A DNA stretch of 58,540 nt from Bacteroidia bacterium (GCA_030432405.1 JAUIHG010000003.1:1-58540), one strand, 5' to 3'; shown: positions 29,092 to 39,289, counted from the stretch's first letter. Numbers and translations are program-made. Notes: generated by a model not told the origin, from the sequence alone.

Positions 29092-29685
29092 TCAGCCCGG
29101 GAGCATGACCAATTTGACCTGCAGGTCGAAATCGTCGTAAATGGTCTTGTCGCCCAGGTTCGAGAAGAAGCTGCCCGAGCCGTAGCGGATGTCGTAATCC
29201 GTGCGGTCCAGGGTGATGTCGGCCGTGGCCATGCCGCCTTTCTGGTCCACATTGGCCAAAAAGCGGACCTCACGGGTTTTGCCTTTGATGGTGGCCTCGC
29301 CGGTGATCTTGTAGTCGCCGGGCGTGCCACGTGGTGCCACCTCGGTGATGCGAAACAGGGCCGAAGGATAGTTGGCCACGCCGAAGAAGTCGTCGGATTC
29401 CAGGTGGCCCTTCAGTTTGTCGGCCGTACCGCCCGTCAGGTCGGTGACCACAATGGTGGTCATATCAATTTCGAAATAGCCACCAGTGAGGGCACCATCA
29501 GCGAATTCCAATTTGCCGCTTTTCAGCAGGATGGTGCCTTCGTGTGCCCCGGTCACTTTGCGGCCCTTCCAGACGATCTGGCTTTGGGTCAGGTCCACTT
29601 GGGCCGTGGTGGCTTGGGGCTGCACAAAGGCAGAAGCCAGAAGAAAGGTGGCCGTAGCCAGCAGGGGGAGAATGATGCGTTTCAT
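29092..29685 (-). CDS. YceI family protein
   Basis: WKGRKVTGAHEG, KLKGHLESDDFFGV, DRTDYDIRYGS. Confidence 0.92.
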   Translation of the reverse strand: MKRIILPLLATATFLLASAFVQPQATTAQVDLTQSQIVWKGRKVTGAHEGTILLKSGKLEFADGALTGGYFEIDMTTIVVTDLTGGTADKLKGHLESDDFFGVANYPSALFRITEVAPRGTPGDYKITGEATIKGKTREVRFLANVDQKGGMATADITLDRTDYDIRYGSGSFFSNLGDKTIYDDFDLQVKLVMLPG

Positions 29686-29745
29686 GGGGATCAGGGGGTA
29701 ACGTTTGGGGTAGGAGAGGGTGTTCCGGACGCGTGGTCCGGTGGT

Positions 29746-29766
29746 GTTTTCGCCTCCGGCGAAAAC
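29746..29766. repeat. Dispersed palindrome (REP-like), copy with the longest stem
   Basis: GTTTTCGCC-TCC-GGCGAAAAC between the MarR and YceI genes; related copies elsewhere in the window. Confidence 0.65.
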
Positions 29767-29789
29767 AGGAACCGTTCGGTAGCGCAGCA

Positions 29790-30284
29790 TCAGGAACTGC
29801 AGCGCAGGCGGTCCAGCAGGGTATTCAGGGTTTCGGCGTCAGCCTCGGTGATGCCATCGGCCATGCCGACAAAGTTTTTTTCACGCCGATCAAGGTCCTC
29901 CATCAACTGAAGGCCTTCATCGGAAATGCTGATGTCCACCAGGCGCTTGTCTGAAGGGCACGTGCGGCGCTTTACCAGTCCTTTCTTGTGCAAGCGGTCC
30001 ACCAGGCGGGAGGTGTCGGACATACGGTCCAGCATCCGGGAGCGGATAATGGATGTCGAAATCGGTTCTCTGGCTCCGCGCAGGATGCGCAGAACGTTGT
30101 ATTGCTGCACGGTGATGCCGTAGGGTTCCATGCGCTCCCGCATGCGTTCCAGATGCCATCCGTAGGTGAACATCAGGTTGACCAAAGCCCGGTGCCGCTG
30201 CGAGGTAAAGGGTTTGGTTTGCCCGATTTCCTCTTCGATGGTGCGCAGTTTGCGGGCGCGGTAGGTTGGGGGTGTTTCGGACAT
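29790..30284 (-). CDS. MarR family regulator
   Basis: QQYNVLRILRG, SDTSRLVDRL, DKRLVDISISDEG. Confidence 0.92.
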   Translation of the reverse strand: MSETPPTYRARKLRTIEEEIGQTKPFTSQRHRALVNLMFTYGWHLERMRERMEPYGITVQQYNVLRILRGAREPISTSIIRSRMLDRMSDTSRLVDRLHKKGLVKRRTCPSDKRLVDISISDEGLQLMEDLDRREKNFVGMADGITEADAETLNTLLDRLRCSS

Positions 30285-30320
30285 GGCGTTGAGGGTGTGT
30301 GCTTGGTGGATCAGCGCCAC

Positions 30321-30346
30321 AACTTCAATGTTGCAACATCAAAGTT
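30321..30346. promoter_or_regulatory. Putative MarR operator
   Basis: AACTT-CA-ATGTTGCAACAT-CA-AAGTT imperfect 26-bp palindrome about 40 bp upstream of marR. Confidence 0.55.
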
Positions 30347-30569
30347 ATAACACGGAATTGAATTGCGCCATACCAGCGCAAAATTTTCTGCCAAGGCAAC
30401 ATCGTGCCTTGGGGCTTTTACCGGGGCCGGAACTGTCCTGGCCGCCTGCACCAAACCGTTTGCGGCGTGCTGCAAACGGCGCACGATCAACTCCCCACGG
30501 CAAAGACCTACGCGACAAAAGATAGTGCAGCAAAGGCTTTAGGCCCTCCTGCGGAATACTGCGTAAGGG

Positions 30570-32843
30570 TCAGGCCAACTCCACCAGGATGGGCGAGGCC
30601 TTGGTATCGGCTTCCCGCAACCACCCGGCATGCAGCCGGACCAGGCGGCCCGAAACGGCCACGATGTCCTTGGTTTCCAGCACCCAATGAAAAAACAGAC
30701 TGGCCGTTCGGTCGCTCTTTTTGTGCAGCTGAAGGCTGCTGGCATGCGTGGAAATGAGCTGATCCAGCAGCGTCAACAGCCGGATGCGCTCCAGGCTGCA
30801 ACGCTCCACCATCGCCGGTTCCAGACCCGAGCGGCCCAGCCGCAGGGCTTCGGCATGGGAGCGCAGGAACTGTTGCAATTCCACACCATAGGCCTGCAAG
30901 GCCTCCATCTGCACCTTGGTAAAAGGCGGCAACAGGTTGGCCACATGCTGCTCGGCCTGGCGCAACAAACTGAAGGTGCTTACCAGCAGGTCCTGGCGCA
31001 GATCGTGGTCCAGGATGCGGCCCTTGCCCAGACCGGGAATCCGCTGAATGCCAATGTCCTGGGCCAGGCGTTGGGGCAGGGTGTCCAACTGCCGTTCGTT
31101 GCGGTCCAGGCGGTCGCCGAAGGCGAGCCGGAGCTTGCGCAAACGGCGGTGGTCCTCCAATTGCATGGCGTCCAGGGCCACCTGCAGGGCATCGGCCACC
31201 GCTTCCAACAACTCCGCAAGGTCGGATGCGCTTTGGGTACGGGGATCGACCACAAACTCGGCTCCCTGCAGGTCGTCGGCCTTGATGGCCGCCTCCTTTG
31301 TGCTCCGGCGCCTGTGCAGGCGAAAGGTGTGCACCAGCGTGGCTACAGCCACCAACGCCAGCACCACTACGGCCGGATTGCCCAAACTGCGGATCAGCAG
31401 GGCAAACAGGCCGGCCACCGTAAAGGCCACCGCAGCGGTGAGGAACCAGCCGCCGATCACGGAAAGCACCCCACTGACACGGAACACCGCGCTTTCACGC
31501 CCCCAGGCGCGGTCGGCCAGGGAAGTGCCCATGGCCACCATGAAGGAGACGTACGTGGTGGACAGCGGCAGTTTCATGTTGGTGGCCACTGCAATAAGCA
31601 CCGATGCCGTGGTCAGGTTGACCGAGGCCCGGACCAGGTCAAAGGCCGGGGGATTGGACACGGGCGGTGCCGGCACAAATCGCGCTTCCACACTGCGGGC
31701 CAGCGCGCCGGGCACCACGCCGCCAAAAAGCCGGGCGCTGTTGTGGGCCATGCGCACCACGCCCCGCGCAATCCAGTTGCCATGGAAACGCTCGGCCCCT
31801 GCGTCGGCGCGGGCCAGATTGACCTCGGTGTCCGTGACGCTTCGCGCTTTGCGCGACGTCCAAAGGGTCACGGCCATGATGGCCCCCGCCAACAAAAGGA
31901 TGAGGGTATTGGCCTTGTAAGGCTGGGCCAAAACGTCCATCATGAACTGATCGGCCGGCAGGCCGGAACCGTTCCAGGCGCGGAAGGACTCCATGCCCGC
32001 CAGCGGAACGCCGATGAAGTTGACCAGGTCGTTGCCGGCAAAAGCCATGGCCAGGGCGAAAGTGCCGGCCAGGACAATGGTGTGCAAAAGGGAAACCCGC
32101 AGCGCCGAAAGGATGCCGGCCAGCAAGGTCATAGCGCCCCAAACGCCCCCCAGCACCATCCAGGTGTGGTCCTGGGTCCAGCCGCGGAAATCGTCCGATA
32201 CAAAGGAGGCGCCTTTGAGGCCCTTGATCAGCAGGAAATAAGCAATGGCCGCCAGGGCAATGCCCGACCAGAGGATGTGAACGACCCGTCCGGTTTTGCC
32301 GTAGCGGAAGGTGAACAGCAAGCGGGCCACAAACATGACGATGGCCCCCACGGTGAAGGCCACGCCAACGCTCAGGAAGATGCCGCCGATGATCTCGCCG
32401 GCTTTGGCGCTGTTGATGAACTCCGGCAGCAGGGTCCAGGATTCACCGGAGGCGGTCAGGCGGAACAGGGCCACAGCCACGGCAGCCCCGAGCAGTTCAA
32501 AGACGATGCTGACCGTGGTGGAGGTCGGCAATCCGTAGGTGTTGAACAGGTCCAGCAGCAGGATGTCCGTCAGCATCACGGCCAAAAAAATGGCCATGAC
32601 CTCCGCGTAGCTGAAGGCCTCTGGATTGAAAATGCCCTTTCGGGCCACTTCCATCAGGCCGCTGGCGAAGGTGGCCCCGAACAGGATGCCCAGCGAGGCC
32701 ACGATCATGATCGTCCGGCGCGATGCCACGCGCGAGCCGATGGCGGAATTCAGGAAATTGACCGCATCGTTGCTGACGCCCACCACCAGATCGGAGGCGG
32801 CGAGCAGGAACAGCAAGACAACGGCCGCAAGCGCAAATTCCAT
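30570..32843 (-). CDS. PiT family inorganic phosphate transporter (long Bacteroidota type)
   Basis: VGVSNDAVNF and FAGNDLVNF signatures, GLPTSTT, LPLSTTYV; soluble helical C-terminal domain. Confidence 0.9.
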   Translation of the reverse strand: MEFALAAVVLLFLLAASDLVVGVSNDAVNFLNSAIGSRVASRRTIMIVASLGILFGATFASGLMEVARKGIFNPEAFSYAEVMAIFLAVMLTDILLLDLFNTYGLPTSTTVSIVFELLGAAVAVALFRLTASGESWTLLPEFINSAKAGEIIGGIFLSVGVAFTVGAIVMFVARLLFTFRYGKTGRVVHILWSGIALAAIAYFLLIKGLKGASFVSDDFRGWTQDHTWMVLGGVWGAMTLLAGILSALRVSLLHTIVLAGTFALAMAFAGNDLVNFIGVPLAGMESFRAWNGSGLPADQFMMDVLAQPYKANTLILLLAGAIMAVTLWTSRKARSVTDTEVNLARADAGAERFHGNWIARGVVRMAHNSARLFGGVVPGALARSVEARFVPAPPVSNPPAFDLVRASVNLTTASVLIAVATNMKLPLSTTYVSFMVAMGTSLADRAWGRESAVFRVSGVLSVIGGWFLTAAVAFTVAGLFALLIRSLGNPAVVVLALVAVATLVHTFRLHRRRSTKEAAIKADDLQGAEFVVDPRTQSASDLAELLEAVADALQVALDAMQLEDHRRLRKLRLAFGDRLDRNERQLDTLPQRLAQDIGIQRIPGLGKGRILDHDLRQDLLVSTFSLLRQAEQHVANLLPPFTKVQMEALQAYGVELQQFLRSHAEALRLGRSGLEPAMVERCSLERIRLLTLLDQLISTHASSLQLHKKSDRTASLFFHWVLETKDIVAVSGRLVRLHAGWLREADTKASPILVELA

Positions 32844-33080
32844 AGGATGAGACGGGCGAAAGAACCCCAAAGATCGGCAATGCACCCCGCCCTGCCGCGT
32901 TTCCTACATTAAGCGAATGTTTCCTTTTGGCCGGCCCGACCTGCGTCCATTCGCGGCGAAACGGCGCTTTGGGCATCCGTCGCGTACCGGATGGGCCTAT
33001 CTTTAAAAGCCTATCCTCCAAAGCCTTCTCCCCTGCGGCACGTTTGGTCCGGTGCCGTGTATGGGAAAGGCCGATTCCAC

Positions 33081-36000
33081 ATGGCAACTCCTCCTCCGTA
33101 TCCCCTGTTGCTCCGCAAGCTGGAAGAGTTCCGGCGGCGCTACTACCTGGATCAATTGATCCGTGGGGCGTTGCTGGCCACCGGCAGCCTGCTGGCGGCC
33201 TACCTGCTGCTCAGCCTGCTGGAATACCGCTTCTATTTTCCGCCGCTGGTGCGCAGCATCCTGCTCTACGCCAGCCTTGCTGCCGGGATGGTGGCCGTGG
33301 GCGCTCTGGTGCTGCGGCCCCTGCTGCGTTACCTGAAGCTCGGCCCGCGCATGACCGATGACCAGGCCGCCCGCCTGATCGGAGCGCACTTCCCTGAGGT
33401 CAAGGACCGGCTGTTGAACATCCTGCAGCTCAAGCGGCAGACGGGCGATGCCGGGACCGGAGACGGTGCAGCCCTCGTGGAGGCCTCCATCAACCAGAAA
33501 ATCGAAGGCATGCGGACGCTGTCCTTCGGCCATGCCGTGGACTTGAAGGCCAACCGCCGCTACCTCCCCTGGGCCCTGCCGCCGCTGCTGGTGCTGCTTT
33601 TTGTGCTGGTGGCCGCGCCGAGCGTGTTGCAGGAAAGCAACGCGCGATTGTTGCGGCCGGGCCAATATTTTGAGCGCGAAGCGCCCTTCCGTTTTGAGCT
33701 GCTGAACCCAAGCCTGGAGGCCGAGCAATACGCGGATTTCAGCCTTGAATTGCAAACCGATGGCCGCGCGCTGCCCGAAAACGCGTTTGTGGTGCTCGGG
33801 GACGGCAGCCGCTTCCGCATGCGGCCGGAAGGTGGCGGGCGTTTTGCCCATACCTTCCACCAGGTGGCCGAGGACCAGGACTTCCGTTTTGAGGCCGCCG
33901 GCTTCCGCAGTGCCCCCTACACCCTGCGCGTGCTGCCGGTCCCCAGCCTGACGGACCTCGAATTGCGGCTGGACTACCCGCGCTATACCGGGCGGCCGGA
34001 TGAAGTGCTTCGCCAAACAGGCGATGCCACCGTGCCCGAAGGCACGCGCGTAACCTGGATCCTGCATACCGCAAACGGGGAAGACGTCGGGCTCGCCTTC
34101 GGCGACAGCGTACTCAAAGCGGATCGCCGCGGGAGCGGCGAATTCCACCTGAGCCGTACGCTCTACGAGGACATGGCCTACAAGGTGGGGGTGGCCAACG
34201 AACGGGTCCGTGGCCGCGACAGCCTGGCCTACCGGATCGGCGTAACGCCGGACCGCCATCCGCGCATCCGCGTGGAACAGGTGGTGGATTCGACCAATCA
34301 GAAGTTTTTGTTTTTCCTCGGCGAGGCCTCCGACGATTACGGCCTGCGCAATTTGAATTTCCATTGGACCTGGAGCCGGCCCAACGCCTCCGGCGAATAC
34401 ACCACCCTGGAAAAGGAAATCGAACCGATAGGCCTGGACCGCAGCCGTGCGCTGTCCGTCTTCAACCACTCCTGGAACCTGGCCGAGAAGGCCCTACAGC
34501 CCGGCGACCGGGTGACCTATCATTTTCAGGTTTGGGACAACGACGCCATCAATGGCGCCAAGTCCGCGCGCACACCGGCCATGACTTTTGAGCTGCCCGG
34601 CCGCGATGCCTTCGAGAAAAAGGAGGCCGAGCGCAACACCAAAATCAAAGACAAACTCGCGGAGACCCTTGAGGAAATCGACGAGGTGCAGGAGGAGATC
34701 GACCGCCTGCGCGACAAACTGGTCCAGCAAAAAGACCTGGATTGGCAGGACCGCCAAAGCCTCCAACAGCTGATGCAACAGCAAAAGGAGGTGGCGCAGC
34801 AAGTGGAGGAAATCCGCGAGGAATTCAAAGAAAACCTGTCGCAACAAAGCGACTACAAGCAATACGACGAGGAGCTGGTCCGCAAGCAGCAGCAGCTCCA
34901 GCAGATGTTCGAGGAAGTCGTGCCCGACGAACTCAAACAAATGATGGACGAGCTCGAGCAACTGCTCGAACAGCTCGGCAAGGAAGAGGGCCTGCAGGAA
35001 CTCGAAGAAATGGCGCTCAACGAGGAGCAGCTGGAAAATGAATTGGACCGGATGCTGGAGCTCTTCAAGCAGCTGGAACTCGAACAAACCATGCAGGACG
35101 CCATCGACCAGCTGGAAGAGCTGGCCGAAGAACAGGAAGCCCTGGCCGAGGAAAGCCTGCAGGAGGAGGATGGGTCGGAAGAGGAAGAGGACGCAGGAGA
35201 GGACGATGCATCCGGAGAAGATGACGCCTCCGGCGAGGACGAATCCTCCGGCGAGGAAAATGAGCAAAACGACGGCCCGGAAGACAACAGCAGCCCTTCC
35301 GAAAAACAGGAGCGCATCAACGAGCGCTTCGAGCAGATCCGCGAGGAGATGGAGCGTATGGAGCAGCTCAACCAAGAGCTCAGCGAACCCAACGCCCTGC
35401 CGGACACCAAGGAACAACAGGAACAGCTGGAAGAAGGCCTGCAGGAAAGCCTCGAACAGCTCCAGGAAAGCGAACAGTCCCAACAGCAGGGCAAGCAGAA
35501 ACAGGGCCAGAAGCAACAGCAACAGGCCGGCCAACAGCAGCAGCAGAACGCCGAACAGATGCAGGAAATGGCCGATGCCCTCTCCTCCTCCCTGTCCGGC
35601 ATGCAGCAGGAGCAGCAAACGGAAGACCTCCAGGCCTTGCGCCAGCTGCTGGACAACCTCATCAAACTATCCTTCGATCAGGAGGGCCTGATGGACGAGC
35701 TGGCCGAAGTACCCACCGGCAATCCGCGCTATGTGGAACTGGTCCAGGAGCAATTCCGCCTGCAAGAGGACGCCGAAATGGTCGAGGATTCGCTCCTGGC
35801 CCTGGCCAACCGGGTTTTCGAGATCTCGACCTTCGTGACCCGTGAATTGGCGGACATGAACCGCCATATGGGCGCGAGCATCGAACAGCTCGCCGAGCGC
35901 CGTGTGGCGAACGGCCGCACCGAACAGCAGTACGTCATGACCAGCCTCAACAACCTGGCCCTGATGCTGGATGAGGTCATGGATCAGATGATGCAGCAGA

Positions 36001-36599
36001 TGGCCAACCAGATGCCCGGCAACCAGATGTGCCAGAAACCGGGGCAGGGAAAACCCGGTCAGCAGCAATCGCCCAAAATGGGCGACCTGCAGCAACAGCT
36101 CAACCAGCAGCTGCAGCAGCTCAAGGATGGGCAAAAGCCGGGCCAGCGCAATCCCCTGGGTGCCAAGCAGTTTGCCCAAATGGCGGCCAAACAGGCGGCC
36201 ATCCGCCAGGCGCTGGAGCAGATGGCTCAGCAGATGCAGGGCACCGGTGAGGTCGGCGAGGAAGGCGATATGGCCAAGGAGCTGCGCGAGATTGCCGACG
36301 CGATGGAACGCACCGAGGAGGAGCTGGTCAACAAGGTCTTCGAGAACAGCACGCTCATGCGGCAGCAGCAGATCCTCACCCGCCTGCTGGAGGCGGAGAA
36401 GGCCATGCGCGAGCGCGAATGGGACAACAAACGCGAGAGCCGGACGGCTGAATCGGTTACACCGGAGCTTCCGCCTTCGATGGAGGAGTACCTCAAAAAG
36501 AGACAGTCCGAACTGGACCTGTTTAAAACGGTTCCGGCCGACCTGAAACCCTACTACCGAGAACTAGTAGAACAATACTTGAACCGATTGCCCAATTGA
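33081..36599 (+). CDS. DUF4175-family large membrane-anchored coiled-coil protein
   Basis: Three N-terminal TMs, HFPEVKDRLLN, ASDDYGL, VWDND, Q/E-rich coiled coil, RQQQILTRLLEAEKA. Confidence 0.8.
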   Translation: MATPPPYPLLLRKLEEFRRRYYLDQLIRGALLATGSLLAAYLLLSLLEYRFYFPPLVRSILLYASLAAGMVAVGALVLRPLLRYLKLGPRMTDDQAARLIGAHFPEVKDRLLNILQLKRQTGDAGTGDGAALVEASINQKIEGMRTLSFGHAVDLKANRRYLPWALPPLLVLLFVLVAAPSVLQESNARLLRPGQYFEREAPFRFELLNPSLEAEQYADFSLELQTDGRALPENAFVVLGDGSRFRMRPEGGGRFAHTFHQVAEDQDFRFEAAGFRSAPYTLRVLPVPSLTDLELRLDYPRYTGRPDEVLRQTGDATVPEGTRVTWILHTANGEDVGLAFGDSVLKADRRGSGEFHLSRTLYEDMAYKVGVANERVRGRDSLAYRIGVTPDRHPRIRVEQVVDSTNQKFLFFLGEASDDYGLRNLNFHWTWSRPNASGEYTTLEKEIEPIGLDRSRALSVFNHSWNLAEKALQPGDRVTYHFQVWDNDAINGAKSARTPAMTFELPGRDAFEKKEAERNTKIKDKLAETLEEIDEVQEEIDRLRDKLVQQKDLDWQDRQSLQQLMQQQKEVAQQVEEIREEFKENLSQQSDYKQYDEELVRKQQQLQQMFEEVVPDELKQMMDELEQLLEQLGKEEGLQELEEMALNEEQLENELDRMLELFKQLELEQTMQDAIDQLEELAEEQEALAEESLQEEDGSEEEEDAGEDDASGEDDASGEDESSGEENEQNDGPEDNSSPSEKQERINERFEQIREEMERMEQLNQELSEPNALPDTKEQQEQLEEGLQESLEQLQESEQSQQQGKQKQGQKQQQQAGQQQQQNAEQMQEMADALSSSLSGMQQEQQTEDLQALRQLLDNLIKLSFDQEGLMDELAEVPTGNPRYVELVQEQFRLQEDAEMVEDSLLALANRVFEISTFVTRELADMNRHMGASIEQLAERRVANGRTEQQYVMTSLNNLALMLDEVMDQMMQQMANQMPGNQMCQKPGQGKPGQQQSPKMGDLQQQLNQQLQQLKDGQKPGQRNPLGAKQFAQMAAKQAAIRQALEQMAQQMQGTGEVGEEGDMAKELREIADAMERTEEELVNKVFENSTLMRQQQILTRLLEAEKAMREREWDNKRESRTAESVTPELPPSMEEYLKKRQSELDLFKTVPADLKPYYRELVEQYLNRLPN

Positions 36600-36664
36600 C
36601 GGCCAGCATAGGGGAATGGTCCGGTTTTGAAGGGATTCCGCCCGGATAGGCCGCTTCCAGCCGC

Positions 36665-36685
36665 TTTCGCCTCCGGCGAAGACCC
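36665..36685. repeat. Dispersed palindrome copy
   Basis: TTTCGCCTCCGGCGAAGACCC, identical to 39269-39289. Confidence 0.65.
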
Positions 36686-36843
36686 CCAACGAAAGCCCTC
36701 AAAAAAGGTTACGGTTGCACCGAAAAAAATGCCCGCCCCCTTTCCACAAGCCCTCAGCATGGACTTTTGCACATGGGTGGAAGGCCTTAGATTCGGCATC
36801 GCGTTAGAACGACCACTCACAGCACTCGAACACGGAACCTTAC

Positions 36844-37254
36844 ATGATCACTGCTTTGAACCATCACGAATTAGCCCTCCAAAGCGTTGCCCAGGAAATC
36901 GTCCACGTGGAACCCTTCGTGGACACGATTTGCCGCGAACTGAACATTCAAGACGAATTGTTCGGCAACATCCTGGTTGCCCTGACCGAAGCGGTCAACA
37001 ACGGCATCCACCACGGCAATGCGCTGGACCCCGACAAGAAGGTCGAGGTGGAAGCCCTTGTCGATGGCCATGTCCTGACCTTTGTCATCAAGGACGAAGG
37101 CCCCGGTTTTGACTACAACAACCTGCCCGACCCCACCCTGCCGGAAAACCTCGAAAAGCCTTCAGGCCGTGGGGTTTTCTTGATGAGCCAGCTCTCCGAC
37201 TTGATCATCTTCAGCGACAACGGCGCCACGGTCGAGATGCAGTTCCGCATCTGA
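36844..37254 (+). CDS. RsbW-like anti-sigma factor / ATP-binding protein
   Basis: ALTEAVNNGIHHGN, IKDEGPGFD, SGRGVFLM. Confidence 0.9.
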   Translation: MITALNHHELALQSVAQEIVHVEPFVDTICRELNIQDELFGNILVALTEAVNNGIHHGNALDPDKKVEVEALVDGHVLTFVIKDEGPGFDYNNLPDPTLPENLEKPSGRGVFLMSQLSDLIIFSDNGATVEMQFRI

Positions 37255-37325
37255 GCGGCTCTTTCAGCGCTTCGTTCCGTGTTCGCCGGCCGTCCAGGCC
37301 GGCCCAATCTTTTCACTTCAGCTTC

Positions 37326-37363
37326 CAAAAGCGTACGGTCCTGCCCGTGCGCTTTTGCTTTTT
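37326..37363 (+). terminator. Rho-independent terminator after the anti-sigma gene
   Basis: CAAAAGCGTACGG/CCGTGCGCTTTTG stem followed by a T-run. Confidence 0.65.
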
Positions 37364-37367
37364 CGGG

Positions 37368-37397
37368 CCTAGTGTACTGTAACAGAAGTACACTAGG
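37368..37397. repeat. Perfect 11-bp inverted repeat, possibly an IS-end remnant
   Basis: CCTAGTGTACT-GTAACAGA-AGTACACTAGG. Confidence 0.55.
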
Positions 37398-37409
37398 GGT
37401 CAGCAGGCT

Positions 37410-39206
37410 TTAGCGGCCAACGAGCAGCACCTGGTGGCGCCCACCCTGCCGCAGCACATAGCTGCCGGCAGGCCAGCCGGCAACATCGATGCTGGCCTGG
37501 CCAAGGCTATTGGGCAGGCCGTGGTGCAGCGTTTGTCCTAGCAGATTCTCAATTTGGAACGATTGTTCCAAAACAAGGCCTTCGATGTTCATGGATGTGG
37601 CGGCCGGCACCGGGAAAGCGCGCATGGTCGAGGTGTGTTCGCCGGCCAGGCGCGGACCGGGCCAAAAGAAGGTGGCCGTAGCGCTGAAGGGAGAACGCAG
37701 GCTGTAATCCGGGGAGCAAGCTGCAATGACCTGCCACTGATAGGTCCCTGCGGAAAGTGCACCTGCAGGCGCCAACGCACTTGGTGCAGGACCGGCCGGG
37801 ACCACACCCGGGAGAAAACGCCATGAGCTTCCGCCCAGCGGGCGACCGCGGACGCGGTATCCCACCGCATCCGGCAGCGGGTTCCAGGACATGGTCACAC
37901 CACCCGGGCCGTTGAGCGCCAGCAAACCGTCCGGTGCATCGGCACATGGCGCGCTGGTGCTGCAGTCGGTAAAGGCCCATCCGGTATTGCCACCCAGGTC
38001 GGTGCTGGAGGCTCCTGCCTCATAGCTGCCCGGTCCGGACACCCCGAAATTCTGGAAGGTCACCATATCGGTGCACACGTCAACAGCACCCAGGGTCAGG
38101 CGTACATCAAAATTGAACGGCGTCTTGACCACCACCCCATCGGCCAGCTCAAGGGTTTGGATGTGCAGGCTGTCGGAGCCAAACCTATAGTCGCGCACCA
38201 CCAGACGCTCCACGACCACACCGGGGTTGAAGACCACCTCGTTGATGGTATCGCCCATCAGGGCGAAGGCGGTAAAGGTGTCCGCCTCGAACACCACACG
38301 GTTCAGCTTCCCGTCGCGGACCTGAACCTGCTCCTCGTTGGGATCGGTACCGCCGTCCCGGTAACGCACAAACAAGGTGCTGGTGCCGGGGTCCAGACCG
38401 GCGGCGGACAGGCTGAACGTGGTAAAAAAGCGGTCGCAATGGATCTGCGCATTGCCGAGGTATCCATTGCCCTCAAACTCGAAGGTGTTGGTGTACACCG
38501 TAGCCCCATCCAGGTTGAACCAGCCCCCGAGCAGGATGGATGGCCCCATAAAGGCACCGTCAACGATGTTGATCACGCTGCCGGCGGCTCCGACCAAAAT
38601 GCTGTCCAGATCCAGGCTCCGGGTCATGTAAACATCGGGGGTCGTCAGGTTGTGGCCCTGCAAATCCAGACGAGCTCCAATGCACTCAAGGCCTTGTATG
38701 GTGGTCAGGTCGTCCTGCAGGGTGACGATGGAGGCATTGTTGGCGCTGAAGGTTTGCAACGGGTTGCCGCCGGTGCGCAGGCGGTTTTGCCCTCCCCGGA
38801 ACTGCAACAGAAGCTCTGTGAAATCCATGCCCGGCTGCGCCAGGAAATCGCCTCCGACAATCTGGATGCCCGTAAACAAACCGCCGCCGATGCGGAACGG
38901 CAGCGGACAGGACCCCGATACCTCCAGGTGCCCGATCTGGCGGGTCGACAGCAGGGTAATGCCGGTCCCTCCCCCGTTGACCGTATTGAGGTTCAGGTAT
39001 ACCGTATCGGTCAGCGAAGGCACGCCCACCGGAATCCAATTGGATGCGGTATTCCAGGTGCCGGCCTCTCCGCCAACCCAGGTGAAGGCGTCGGCCTTCA
39101 GCGCTGTGCTCCAAACCAACGCGAACACGAGGAGAAGCGCTTGGACAAATTGTAGGTTGCGGAAGGGGAGCGCACGGCGGGATGTGGTGCAGAAAGGTGT
39201 GTTCAT
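37410..39206 (-). CDS. T9SS-secreted beta-rich protein with an FN3-like domain
   Basis: Signal peptide; TWVGG..WNTASNW..GVP start; GGNTGW; FN3-like SWNP..YRVR..YQWQV; AFPVPA...GSYVL CTD. Confidence 0.75.
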   Translation of the reverse strand: MNTPFCTTSRRALPFRNLQFVQALLLVFALVWSTALKADAFTWVGGEAGTWNTASNWIPVGVPSLTDTVYLNLNTVNGGGTGITLLSTRQIGHLEVSGSCPLPFRIGGGLFTGIQIVGGDFLAQPGMDFTELLLQFRGGQNRLRTGGNPLQTFSANNASIVTLQDDLTTIQGLECIGARLDLQGHNLTTPDVYMTRSLDLDSILVGAAGSVINIVDGAFMGPSILLGGWFNLDGATVYTNTFEFEGNGYLGNAQIHCDRFFTTFSLSAAGLDPGTSTLFVRYRDGGTDPNEEQVQVRDGKLNRVVFEADTFTAFALMGDTINEVVFNPGVVVERLVVRDYRFGSDSLHIQTLELADGVVVKTPFNFDVRLTLGAVDVCTDMVTFQNFGVSGPGSYEAGASSTDLGGNTGWAFTDCSTSAPCADAPDGLLALNGPGGVTMSWNPLPDAVGYRVRGRPLGGSSWRFLPGVVPAGPAPSALAPAGALSAGTYQWQVIAACSPDYSLRSPFSATATFFWPGPRLAGEHTSTMRAFPVPAATSMNIEGLVLEQSFQIENLLGQTLHHGLPNSLGQASIDVAGWPAGSYVLRQGGRHQVLLVGR

Positions 39207-39268
39207 AGGGAGGGCTTTGTGGGATGCTGCAGGACGCCGGGGATGGGAAGCGGCAGGTTGACGTGGGG

Positions 39269-39289
39269 TTTCGCCTCCGGCGAAGACCC
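39269..39289. repeat. Dispersed palindrome copy
   Basis: TTTCGCCTCCGGCGAAGACCC in the divergent intergenic region before ybeY. Confidence 0.65.

Noticed and set aside
30630-32912. 760-aa plus-strand ORF and similar long antisense ORFs (e.g. 24150-25937, 33003-34469, 904-2250)
   Set aside because: Shadow ORFs opposite well-supported genes, as expected at high GC3; they contain no motifs.
36600-36843. Possible oriC (CTTTCCACA at 36740, TTTTGCACA at 36765)
   Set aside because: Only 2-mismatch DnaA-box-like words, with no perfect TTATCCACA or AT-rich unwinding element seen.
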